From Saprolegnia diclina VS20 (Eukaryota): a stretch of 49,331 bases of DNA. This document shows positions 11,559 to 23,580 of this stretch, piece after piece; the first letter of the stretch is position 1; the number at the start of each line of letters is the position of its first letter. A model generated the notes under the pieces. The model did not search any database. It saw only the letters and a list, made by a program, of their open reading frames with translations, and was not told the DNA's origin. The stretch is taken from assembly GCF_000281045.1 (NCBI RefSeq), contig NW_008246098.1, positions 104,404 through 153,734 of the forward strand. Direction: 5' to 3'. A program made the position numbers and the translations under genes.

Positions 11559-12564
11559 ATGAGCTCGTCGCCGCCATCGACGACCGCGGTCCAGACCCAG
11601 ACGCCGGCCAAGGTCGTCGACTGCGATGTCTGCCTCGGCTTCACTATCTACACAAGGTACATGCCACCAGCGCCCCACTCGACGCTCATGCGAATCGACT
11701 ACTATTAGTGCTATGCGAGACGCCAAGGAAGACCCGAAGTGCATTGGCGTTCTGCGCACCAAGTCCGCCCGCATTGAAGGCGAGTTTGCCGAGGTAGCTC
11801 ATGGTCAATGCAGACAGTTGGGCTCATGCAGGCGAAGGTGGGCGGGAAGGACGACGGCCGCCAGAAGCGCCTCGTTGTTGACCAGCATGTGAAGGCCTTC
11901 GTCGCTGGTCTCGCCGAGGTAGCAGCGAGCGACGGTAGCTTCAGACACGCTCATTTCCTGCGCAATAGCAACCACACCCGCCGTACAACAAGTCGTTCCG
12001 TGACCTCATTTACATTCCAGCCACGGGCTCGTTTCGGTGCGAGCGCACGTAAGAATCATTCACCTCATGGGTATGTAGGTTTACGTTTGTCGGAGTCACG
12101 CTCTACTCGAAGAAGACGCTGAGCGAAAACAACATGGTGCTGCCCATTTGCCTCGGGTATAGCCGGCTAAAAGTCACGCGGGACGAAGCCCCCGTGTCCG
12201 ACGCTGCGCCTGCCGTGTCGCGCACCCACGCCGCCTTGTCGACCCCAACCGCACCAGGGTAATCGGCACTGTGTGCTCGATACAAGACCTCATTGTTGCT
12301 CGTAGACCTAGCGTCTTGGACAAGCTTCAAGCCGCCTGCTCGTTTACAGCAGTGGCGATGTGGAAATATGGGCACCGCACGGCCGACGGTTTTGGCGAAC
12401 GCTACATCCAGGTACCTCGTGACGTCACAAACCCCTTTTCGACTAAAAGCGCCCAATAGTCGATGGAGCGGCTTGTGGGCAATATGCACAAGCAAGTCGA
12501 CTACATGGCAAAAATGACCCACCGCATCGTGACCTTTGGTGGCAGTCGCAAGTCGAGTGAGTGA
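11559..12564 (+). CDS. Hypothetical protein with internal Cys-containing repeat, multi-exon
   Basis: Short GT-AG introns join MSSSPPST..DCDVCLGFTIYT|SAMRDAKEDPKCIGVLRT..FTFVGVTLYSKKTLSENNMVLPICLG..FGERYIQ|SMERLVGNMHKQ..SRKSSE*; the middle exon junctions (11790-12080) are less certain. Confidence 0.65.
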
Positions 12565-14530
12565 GCTCGCGTCGTGTCGATTGAAAACAGCAAAACTACT
12601 AACTACAACTATATATCATCGTCCAGCACATTGTAAATTGGGCGTCAAAGCCTGACAATCTGACTGGGAACAGAAGTCGTTCTTGGCAGAGGTGTTGGAA
12701 TTGAGATAGCAACTGGAATTGCACGGTCGTGCTTCAACTGCGACGGACGGTCACTGAAATCTTCATATTGTTTAAACGCTTTCGCAGAACGTCTTCACCA
12801 AAAGTCAAGTACTAGTATGATGTACAAGTAGGGTGGGAGATGTACACTACCGGTACAGTGCCGTGGTACGGGGCGACGCAGCATACCTTCGCATGGTATC
12901 TTCGTACATGTACGTACCGTATACCTCCACGAGATCTGTGGTTGAGAGCTGAAATGGCACCTTCGCCCCGATATGTGCAGCATCGGCCGTCAAAATTACA
13001 TATCTCAATAACCACGTGCATCGACGAATGCGTTGCTGTCGAGACCCATGCCCAATCCAGTCCAGTGGGTATCCGACATGATCTACACTGTACATTAACG
13101 CGGATAAAATCTGCGAACGTTGACAACGTGGAGGTCGGACACACTTGGGTGATGCGACGAGACAAAATTCAATCGAATGCGATGTCGACTACACCGCACG
13201 AGAGTGCGTAATGCCGCACAGATCTATTTGAAACCAGCTTCTTGGACGAAACATCGCACGCCTTCAGTGGCGCAGCAGTCTGGCTACTTCTTGATCAGCG
13301 ACTGCGTTTGAAACGGTGGAAACAGCACGAGAAATGAAACAAGGCTGCGATGGCGGATGACAAATTGTGCTCGACGTCGATGCCTTCATGTACCAGAAAC
13401 CGTCTACGGCTCTGATCAACGAGCTCCTGAATCGCCGAGTGCTGAGCAAAACAAGTGTCTTTGGCATCTGCCAGCCGTTTCTGGGAGTGTCCAATCTGAA
13501 AGAAGACAACTTTGGAAATGGTACTTCTACTGGGGCGTCGTCTGTCTCTACTTCTCTTCTTCTCTTGCTTTGTTCTTCGTGCGCTGGGCCTTCTGAGTCA
13601 CCTTTTTTACACTTTTTGAAATCTCGAACGAAAATGTTGGACAAACAAGAGTTTTCGCGTGGGCCGTTTTTGCGAGTGATAATGCGGGATCGCTTGCTCA
13701 TAAGAGGTTCAGGTTGGTAATGGCGATGCCACTGGGGCCGTCGCGCCTTTTCTCGTTCTATCCTTCTTTTCTTCTTCTGTCATTCTTCGTGCGCTCGACG
13801 TTCTGCGCATAATACTATTTCTTGACATCACACCGTGTGCAAGGTGCTTGCGCTCTAAACCTACAAGTCATAATACTGGCGTTGGAGTCGATCCTTGACA
13901 ATTTGCTCCAATTTGATGTCGCCGAGTATGCGTTTGTGGCGTCCCCAGCTTCGCTCTTCTCGGAGGCCGACGCACCTGTTGACGCGGCAGTCCGAGCAAG
14001 AGCAACAACAGAACAGCCACAACACACGGGAGCCGTGGACAAGGAGGACGCACTTGGCGCTGGTTCCTGCGATATGAAGTCTCCGACAACGTCCGCTGCA
14101 CCAATGGCCCATGCTCAGTCGACAAGTGAGTTGTTGGTATTCCAATTCAGACTATCGCCGACCTAGAGGACGAGGTACAAAGTTTCACGAAGAGACATAG
14201 TGCGTCGATCGTGTGCAAATAGCTCGGTCGCTCCAAGCGAACCGACGAGCGGATCGACCACATTGGCCAGGGAGTGCGGAAACCGAATCTGCTCCTGTGT
14301 GGCTCAGAAACAATGGGCTCGGTGCAGCAAAGGCGAGATTTTGTGCGTTTTGTTTCATGTTTTATAGCGGTGGCGTCCCACGAGTCGAGACGGACATGGT
14401 TTGTCCGTATTGACAAACGACGACACGTTGTCGAATCTACGGCAGCATCGCCATGTTTGATCGACGTTGTGTTATGACTCGACTTTCTTCTTGCTAACTA
14501 CTCTATTATTATTAATGCTAGTACCTCGTA

Positions 14531-15241
14531 CTATAACTGAATGGTTCGCGACCGGGCTTTTGTCTCCAAATAGGTCATGATCTCGATGACGTCGTCGACG
14601 TGCGGCCACAGCGCCGTGAGCAGCGCCGCGTACTGCGGGTCGATCTCGAGTCGCTTGACGCGAAAGTGTTCGTCAAAGGTCACGTGGCACGTCCAGCGCA
14701 AAGGCGGCGGCGACCGGTGACACATGGTGCGGAATAACGGATTCGACCCGAGGATCGCCTCTACGTCGGGGTACATGGCCTCGGCGCTCTCGCGTGGCGA
14801 CTCGAACCCCACGCGCAGTTGTAGTCGCACGAGGCGGCGGGCGACGACGTCGACCGACTCGAGTGCCATCGCAAACCCGCGGGCGGCCTGGCACGATCGT
14901 TTCCAGCGCTCGATCATGTTGACGGGCCCGACGACCGCGCCGTTGAAGGCAATGTCGGGGCGGAAGAGGCTGCTAAGGAGTGCCTCCTGCGTGTGGGCGA
15001 CGGCCGGCGACCATCCCGTCGCGAGCGCGGCCACGGTGCGCTGGACGACGCCCAGTAGCGCGCTGATCGGGACGTGCTCAGCGAACTTGTCGCTCAGCGT
15101 CGACTCGAGGTCGGCTGTTTCGTGGCGCAGACGGGCGACGCTCGTCTCGAGCGAGGCCAGGCGGGCCTTTTCCTGCGCGCGTAGCTTGCGCTTGTTCATC
15201 TTGCGCCGGTGGCGGACCATGGCGGTGTCGTCCAGGTCCAT
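14531..15241 (-). CDS. Oomycete-type bZIP-like transcription factor, paralogue
   Basis: Identical basic peptide VRHRRKMNKRKLRA, heptads LETSVARLRHETADLESTL, homologous C-terminal domain (LFRPDIAF..MIERWKR..FDEHFRVKRLEI). Confidence 0.8.
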   Translation of the reverse strand: MDLDDTAMVRHRRKMNKRKLRAQEKARLASLETSVARLRHETADLESTLSDKFAEHVPISALLGVVQRTVAALATGWSPAVAHTQEALLSSLFRPDIAFNGAVVGPVNMIERWKRSCQAARGFAMALESVDVVARRLVRLQLRVGFESPRESAEAMYPDVEAILGSNPLFRTMCHRSPPPLRWTCHVTFDEHFRVKRLEIDPQYAALLTALWPHVDDVIEIMTYLETKARSRTIQL

Positions 15242-16445
15242 TCGCGCTCTGAATGGGTTTGGATCGGCACCGGCTTGGCTGCATATGCTTTGTATGCAGG
15301 CGGCGGCTGTGACGTTTCTGGGTTGAGTCTCCAGAGGTATTCGGTCGTCAGTTCAGCAGGCCCCAAACGACCTTCCGTCGTGCGCCTATCCGGACCCGCC
15401 AAATAATTCGCCAAAATGAGTCGACGCTCGACCAGAACGAAGCCACGACCACCCGCAACACCGCTGTCGATGGCTGCATCAAAGACAGATCGCTGCGTGC
15501 TGCACATATACCACCTTGTGACTGCCCGTACATGCGCAGGCCGGTGGCCTTTTTCTTTCCGCGGATTCTTCCTTCTTGATCCTCCCTTTTCCATGGACAT
15601 GGACACGGCCACCCTCGCTGTGCTTGTGCAGCCGTGTCGGTGTATTAGTTGCGCACTGCCACAATACTGCACCTTGGACGTGGTGTGTATTTGTCTAAGG
15701 GAATTGCGACACGGCGATCCAGATAACCGTTGAAGGCACGCCGTGTCTTGACCCTGATCGGTCGTGGCGTGGGTTCCTCGACGCGTACCCCGAGTGAATT
15801 GGTTGGATGTCGCAGCTCAAGCGCAGGCGGCTCGATTCATCAGATATCGATCTCACGACGCTAAGAACTTGTCTTTGTGTTGCGACGCCAATTTTTGGCT
15901 TGCTTCCCAGAGGCCGGTGTCGCATGGCTTGTCGTCGTCCGCGTTCCAACCACACGTACTGGAGCTAGAAGCTGTTTACGCACGGGGTTCGGACCCTGCG
16001 AAGGGGCCCGGTCGGCCCACTCTGAAGAGGCTGTCTTGCCGAAGAAGGAGATGGCGCCTCCAACATGGCAGTGGCAATTTCTCTGACCACAAATGACTCA
16101 GCAACACAAGTGCACCAAATCGGAACGCCAACGCGAACGGATTACGTAGTCCTCGACACGTGCCACCAGATCTTCTCTTTGTGGTCCACGCCGCGCTGTG
16201 ATTGGATACATTTGAAAAAGGCAAGTGTTTTCGACCAATCGTTTGCTTGGAAACTCCCGCCGGACGCAAAAGATCGCAAGTTTGAAAAGCAGACGCGGTT
16301 GCAAGTCTTCTACCACTTGACGCACGCGCCAGCTGCGTCGCACTGCCTCAAACAAAGTCCAGTCGATCGAAACACGCGCTCAGGACAAGCGGAGACCTTT
16401 CTTCCCGTCGAAATTGGACCGGCGCCTACACGCTGCATTAGGACA

Positions 16446-19400
16446 CTAGGGCCAGCTGGCCAGTCGTCTGTACCGCGTGAGGGTCGTTGGAAACAGCGCT
16501 GGCTCCGCAGGCAGGTGCGGCTGGTAAAAGTACACGTTCTGCACTGCGCTGTCGAGGCCCGTCGTGATACGGCTCGGCAGACTCGTGGTCGCTATTGCGT
16601 CAAAGAGGCGGTCTTCCGTCAGCGTCTACAAGGCGCTGAGTGCCTCCTCTCGATGAAAGCTATCGCACCGAAGCCCACTGCGCGTGGTACTGATGGTGGC
16701 GCTGCAGCAGTGGCAGCGCTTCCTCGAGCTCGCTCTGGAGCAGCGTCGGCGAGAGAAGCGAGATGATGCCTAGCGCCGTCCGGAAGAGAAACCCGACGCC
16801 ATCGAGGAGGAAGCAGTCAAAGACCTACGCGATACCGATAGCCCATCGCTACAATAACAGCAACAGTACGCGCGAAGCCACCTCGAGCGGCAGTACTTGG
16901 AGGAAGAGCGTTTGGAGCCAATTCATGAGGTACATGGAGGTCTGGATGCCGAGGCCCATGAGATGCGCATGCACGTCGGGGAGCGTCGATGCAAAGTAGT
17001 CGTCGTAGTAGGCATAGTAGACGTCTACAACGACTCGTCAAATTGAACAGCAGAAGAAACATACGCGAGAGATCCGCCTTGAGCAGGTAAAAGGTAAAGA
17101 GGTGCTCGTGGACCATGACGTTGGCCAAGCACTGAAACGTCAAGTACCTACGCGGTAGATCGGGCGGGAGCTTCTCTCCACCGACGCTGTACCGGTCTGT
17201 CGGGATGTGCAGGCAGAGGAGCGCGGCGATGTACGACATGCCCTGGATGTAGCCCAGGTCCGGCCGGTAACACGCGTACGTCTCGAGCACCTCGCGCAAA
17301 AACTCAAAGTACGGACCTACGACCGTCTTTGAGCAGTGGACGCGGCCTTGCCACGTACCGCTCGCGTCAAAGAGCTTGAGCGACGGAAACGTGCGCGGCA
17401 GATCCGTGTGGATCAACATCACCGTGTGCTCGCGACCTTCGGTCGGCAGCATCTCGCCCGACCCTACGCCTTGTGAGCGCCGTCAAGAGCAGCGTCGTTG
17501 ACACGTACGGGCCTTTGTGGCGCGGTGGCGGTAGATGTCGTACATCTCGGGCGTGATCTTGAGCCCATTTCCGATCGCGAGCGGCCACACGGTGGAGCGG
17601 ATCGAGGGCGGAATGCCCTGGCGCCAGAGCGACTGCGCCAGCGCCGAGTCCTTCATCTCACTCCAGTGCCGCAAAATGCGGTTCCGCCAGAGCTACACAT
17701 TATCGTTGTATCCAGGCTGGTGGTCGCAGAATGGACCTTTTTTGTCCGACGAAGCTCTTCTTCTCGTGCAACACCGCTGTGCGGTGGCTCGCTGTGGCCA
17801 CCACCACCAAATGGCTCGGGCTCGACCGGCGCCGTCTCGACCATCTCCCGTGGCCTACATTCGACCTCAGCACGTCACCCTGCGAGGCGGCATACAGCTG
17901 AACGGCAACCGTAAACTTGTGGCCGCACGCCACGCGCAGCGCCAGGCTCGGATCAAAGCAGTCGAGACGCTACGCGTGTTAGTCGCCCACCTTTTGTAAA
18001 CGACGTACCTCGGGCGTATCGCGGTTCTGGACGTGGCCAAGCCCACACGCGCCGTACATGTTGAGCCCCCACGCGAGCTACGACGGGTGGGTCCTCGCTC
18101 GAATCGCGAGGCGCTTACCATGACGTTTTGCGTCGTTGTCGCCACCGAATGAAACGCGCCGCAGTACACTGTCTGCACTTGGTCAGGGGGACCCATGCAG
18201 TGGCTCATGTCGACAAACTCCGGCACGGGCTACGACCGCTTTGAGTTGGTGGTCGTACAGTATGTTCGCACCTGGTACACACTGCCCTTGCCGAGCTGGC
18301 CGTACTCGCCGAGTCCCCAGCTAAAGACATCGCCTTGCAGCGAGAGTGCCAAAGTGTGCGTGTAGCCGCACGCCACTTGGACAATCTACGTCCAGTTTAG
18401 TACGCAGGAATATCTTAAAACACACCTCGTACGGAGCGAGGGCGTCGACGCGAACAGGCGCGCACTGGTCTTGGTTGGCGTACCCGAGACCGCACTGGCC
18501 CTCGCCCTGCTTGCCCCAGCAGTACACGCGACCGGCCTACATCTCGTTCGTTTGCGAATGTTGCACAATATTGTCTTACCAGCGTCAGTGCAACGGTAAA
18601 GTTCCAGCCGCAGCACACCGCGGTCCACTCGTCCACTGGCGACGCAAGGGCTTCCGGCGTCTACGAATCAAGTCGAATTTGCTTCGCATCGATGCGTCCG
18701 CACCATTTTGAACGTTGCGACGTCAGCACCGAGGCCGAGACGACCGTTCTTGGCACGCCCAAAGGTATAGAGACCGTGCGTCGCGGTGACGACGGCCGTG
18801 TGCGCACCGCCGCAGCTCGCTTGCACGACACTAAGTCTGATGAGCACATTCGCATGCATCGGTGGAGAGGACCGCTGGGAGAGGAGGCTCATGACTTTGC
18901 GTGGAATCGCTCGGTCGCGAATGTCGCCGTGGCCGAGCCGTCCGTCCTCGCCACTGCCCCACGTGTACAGCTACGCGCAGCACTTGATGCCGCCTGCGCC
19001 ATCATCCAAGTACCTCGCCGTGCTGGCTGATCGCAGCCGCGTGTTGCGCGCCGCATGCAATACTCACGATCCGCGACCCGTTCAGCGCCTTGTCCAGCGC
19101 AAACTGCTCGATAAGGTGTGGCGCCAAAAAGCCTAGGCCAAGGATAACGGTACTTCGGTGTGGGTTGGCCAACGTACCGTCGCCCCGCTTTTCTTCGTCA
19201 GGCCCAAAGCTGTAGAGATCGCCCGAGTCTACACCCGCCTCGAACATTCGGCTCGTAGGCTCAAAGAAGTGACCTGTGAGGTACAAGAGGCGCTCGCCGC
19301 CCGACGCGACTTGAGCGATGGCTTGGCCGCGCAAGATCGCATGCTCCGTGGGCCGCAACACCAAGTGCTGCTGCACGCTCGAGGTATCTGGAATGCGTCC

Positions 19401-20934
19401 CCACACGTACACTAGGCGACGAGCTTCACGCCTACTTCCCACACGCCAACGCACCGTGGGAGATGTACCCGTCCATCGAAGGGGTCGTCACTGGCAGCAG
19501 CGCGGGCATCGCCGGTGGCGTCTCCTCCGATTCGGCCATCGCATCCGAGTGGACCTTGACCTCGGTCGTCGTCAGCAGCTGTTGCGCTGCGAGCCACGCC
19601 GCTTGGGCGGTCGCGAGGGAGGCGTCGCACTTGCGCACGGTCTCCAAGACGACCTCGGCGAGGTGCGCGCGTTCGGCTAGGACGCGCTTTGTCGGATGGG
19701 CAATCGGAGTCTCGTTCTGGCTCCAAAACGTGTCCTTGACGTCCGGAAAGACCTGCGATTCGAACCTATGAAAGCGACTTCTCCCGCTCTGCGCACCTGT
19801 CGACAGAGCTGCTGCAACGGCTGGAGGACATGCCGGCCACAGTCGCGCTCGAGGCTCTTGAAGGCCGCCATGCGATTCATCGCTGACGTCATGGCCAAGC
19901 GCGGTGCACTCGCGAGCAACGGCAGGCGCGCACATCGCTCGAGCTCCACCTGCATGGTCTCGGCCGCTTGGCTCCACGCGGCGGCCGCGTGCACATAGGC
20001 TTGAACGCAGTTCCATAGCGCGTGGCATTGCCCCTCGGCCTGCAGCACGTCGTTGCGGAACGCGTTGGCGACGTCCACAGCCGGCAGCCTACGCGCATTT
20101 GCATGTTCTACTGGTTTTGACTCGGGCGACGCACGGTGTCTCTACATGGCACGCGTGATGACGACCTATTCGGTAAACGCTGCTTACCATCGCCAAAGTC
20201 TTCGCTGTCGTAGCTCTCAATGTCGGGCCACGTGCCGCCAGACGACTAGCATTGTCGACGCAGTGTCCCTTCAATTCGCCGAACGTACCATCGATGGGTT
20301 GCGGGAAGGTACGTCGAGCTCCGTCGGCGTCGCCCAGGACGGCAGTGGCGGCGTCACGGGCGCCGGCGGTCGGTTCTTGTTGGCCGACACAAAGTCGCAG
20401 TACGTCTACGGCGCCATTGGGCTTTTGGCCTCCGACGCGCGACGGACCTGCATGTCGAGGCCAGCCGTCGACTCGACATCGTGGTGCTTGCCCGCGTGGT
20501 GCGCTTGGCGCAGCTCGAGAAAGACCTCTTCGACAAAGTGGCGAAGACCTTCGTACCTGCGCCAGCGTGAGATACTATCGATCGATGGATTATGATGATC
20601 GAGTCGGACCGGTGGCAGAGCTGCTCGTCCGTGAGCGGGAAAGGCTGCAGCGCGTACTTGGGCGGGAGGCCCACGGACGGGTGAAAGTGCAGCTTGGAGG
20701 CCAAGATGGCAATTTGCGAGTAGCGCCTGCAGCCTGCTGAGCACATGGCCGCGCCGGTCGTCGGACGTACCGGTAGACGAGGAACGAGACTGGCGCCGCC
20801 ATGCCTTCCATGGGCACGTGGGCGACCTCGATGACGTACACGACGCACGGCCGCTCCGAGCGCGCGTCCAGCGCGCTGTAGAAGCCGATGACGCGGACGT
20901 CCCGCAGCGTCCCGAAGCCACGTCGGTACTCCAT
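16446..20934 (-). CDS. PX + helical (BAR-like) + RCC1 repeats + TBC Rab-GAP protein, many introns
   Basis: [34 protein letters not shown]1: [125 protein letters not shown]; stop TAG at 16446-16448. Confidence 0.85.
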
Positions 20935-21429
20935 GTCACCAACTCGGATTTTGGGAAGATCTGCCAATTGTCGTGTGGCATCTGCCGAATTTAATGGTTT
21001 AATTGCGGCATGGCCGACCAGGTCCTTGCGACGCAGCAGTGCTGCCGTAGTCGATCAACGAGTGAAGCGATGGCCTCTTGCCACTTCATGGTGGACCTGT
21101 CGCCACCAGAGGTTGAAGCTCCAGAGCGTTCGTAGACATGAGCCGACGCAAAACCCTTCCCCTAGTGTCATCCTGGCAGTGCGCTGCAGCGACAACCCGG
21201 TGTGCACTACATGCAAGTTTGCACCGAACGTGCTGTGTCTTCGGATTGTTCTGCCCTTGCGGTGTCATGCTTCAACACAGTGCTCTGCATCCAACGCCCA
21301 CGACACATGGCCTGCCCAGTTACACGTTTCTGGGACTTTGGCTGGCCCATGACGACGAAGGAAGCAACCCGCCCTGACGCTGTGAGCCAAAACACAAGTG
21401 ATCTCGTCTCGCGGTGGGTGTGGACACCA

Positions 21430-22732
21430 CGAGAGCACGCAATCCATGGTCCCACAACAGTCATATTGTCCGCATCATCATCGCCAACGTAGCCTACATG
21501 TCGCCATTGCACTCGTCCAGCAGCACGCGGTCGTAGATCATCTCGAGATGCAAGTCGGTCGACTCGGCGTGGACGTTGGCCATGCGACGTGTCGCACCGT
21601 CCGTTGGGTCGTACGCTGCTGTCGTCACCAGCACGTCCCGCGCCAGCAGCACCACCAAGCTCGCATCTTGGCGTCGCCAGAGCGTTCGGAAGCCATGACC
21701 GCGCTCGGTCGGATGGCGAGGCCATACAAACACGTCCAGATGCAGCCCGTCGACATCGCTCCACCCGACATAGTCGGCCAAGGCGCCATGCGGCCACGTG
21801 TGCATCGCATGCGGCATGTGGTCCAGCGCAAAGGCGGTCGGCGGCGACGGCCACGCCGGCCATCGGCTCTGCACCTACAGAGCAAGATGAGTCATCGGTT
21901 CATTGGCCACACGACCACTGGACGATCTCGTGTCATTGAAATATCGTCCCGTGACACTTGGTGTTTCTATGGATTTTTTTACGCGCGACACATTTTCTGT
22001 GCCGGCGTCCGACGTACCGAGAAGACGTGGCCGTCAAGGCAGAGACGGAGACCGCACGCGCCGAGCCAGCTCCAGAGCACGTCGAGAAAGGACGGCGTCT
22101 GCAGCGCACGGACGATCGGCGTCGCGACGCGCCAGGCCCAGACGCCACCGTAGACGGCGTCTGGTCGCATCAACGGTTGCGTCCGCGCCTACGTGCTGCG
22201 TCAGCGCCGTCGCCCGACGTGTCGTACCACGTGCGACGTCTGCAAGATGCGGGCAAAGACCGCAAACCCGATCGCGTGCGAGGGCTGTGGGACGGTTGGC
22301 GGCGGCAGCTGCGCCGAGAGACTGCTTGTGCTCTCGCCGAGCGTCGCCAAGACCACGTCGAGGCTTCTCGCGAGCGACTCGACGGCGCGGTTGTACGCTT
22401 CGTGGAGCTCCGTGTTGTCGTAGATGCTGCCGTCGTACCGCCGACAAAAGTCGTGGATCCTCGACGACAACGTGATGAACCAGCAGAGGACGGCGAGCGC
22501 AATCGTCTCGAGGCGCGAGGCCGCGTCGTCAAATGGCGCGAGCTGACGCAAGAGGAAGAGAGCGGGCGGCTGGCGCACACCAGGCACATGACGGGCGGCC
22601 TCGGCCCAGACGCGCGCCTCGATGGCCGGTGCGACCGCCGTGACGGGCACCTGCGCGCAAAGCTCGAAAAGCTGGAGAAGCCGCGCGGCCGTCTCTTGCG
22701 TGGACGAGCGCGGCAGCTCGGCGTACTCGACG
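21430..22732 (-). repeat. Inverted repeat arm 1 (about 1.3 kb), reverse complement of 29062-30364
   Basis: Near-identical including introns and 3' flank; identity begins at CGTCGAGTACGCCGAGCTG and ends at GATTGCGTGCTCTCG. Confidence 0.95.
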
Positions 22733-23580
22733 TCCAACTGGTGCGTTGACGCAAAGATGGCGCTGCTGCTGGACGCCGACAGCAGCGACGGAACCGGTCG
22801 CGGCACGTTGGCGACGACGATCTTGGCCCGGCGGTACGACGCAATCGTGAACGGCGAAGACGCCAGCGTCGCGACGAGTGTGAGGTGGTCGTCAACGCTC
22901 TGTTGAAAGAGGTACGTCTATGCACGTGTCAAGGAAAGCATTCCTTTCGCTGGGTGTAGACCTGGAGGACGTGCTTCTGGCTTCGGTTCCGCGTGCTGGA
23001 GCTGCCGTGCCAATCGTAGTGCCATCCGTCGGAGCGCTTGCGGTTGAACTCAAACACGATGCCCTAGACCACGCTCGAACCGCTATCATAGCGTCAGTAA
23101 CGTACATCGGTGCTGGCGACGACGACACCAAGAAGCCACGTGCCACGGGGTTCGGTGCGACTTCGGACGTCGCTACGCAGCGCAGTCAGCATCGTCGGCG
23201 GGCGATGGGCGGCCCCGACGCTCTCAAAGCGAGCGTATGCCACGACGGACGTCGCATCGACGCCGGTGACGCGGACGCTCACGGACGCGCCACAGTTGCG
23301 GTACGAACTGTGGGGGCAGCAAGCGGGGCGGCAGTGCGGGAAGCATCTACGGGCGTCCGTGAGCCCGCGACCGTTGCTTCGTTGCGTACCGGAGCACCTA
23401 CGCCGATCGTGAGACGACAAATGAACGAACGGTCGTGGTACCTTGAGGCCCTGGGCATGGTGGCAGCTGCGGGGGACAGCATGAAGGCCTGGTCCAGCGT
23501 TCACGGCAGACGTACCGAAGGTAGCTCGACTCAAAGACGTCTGCACGGTCGCAGTCGCGCCGGAAGTACGCAAGTCGCAT
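21494..23580 (-). CDS. Uncharacterised Cys/His (CFPHC, GWHYxW) family protein, paralogue B
   Basis: Exons 23580-23516, 23466-23442, 23397-23390, 23346-... give MRLAYFRRDCDRADVFESSYLR|CHHAQGLK|VLR|CFPHCRPACCPHSSYRNCGASVSVRV; later FEFNRKRSDGWHYDWHGSSS and SSPFTIASYRRAK; ends ECNGDM*. Confidence 0.85.

Noticed and set aside
22170..22240. Apparent premature stop after VRHVGRRR in paralogues B and D
   Set aside because: The TGA lies inside a short GTACGA...CACGTAG intron; not a pseudogene lesion.
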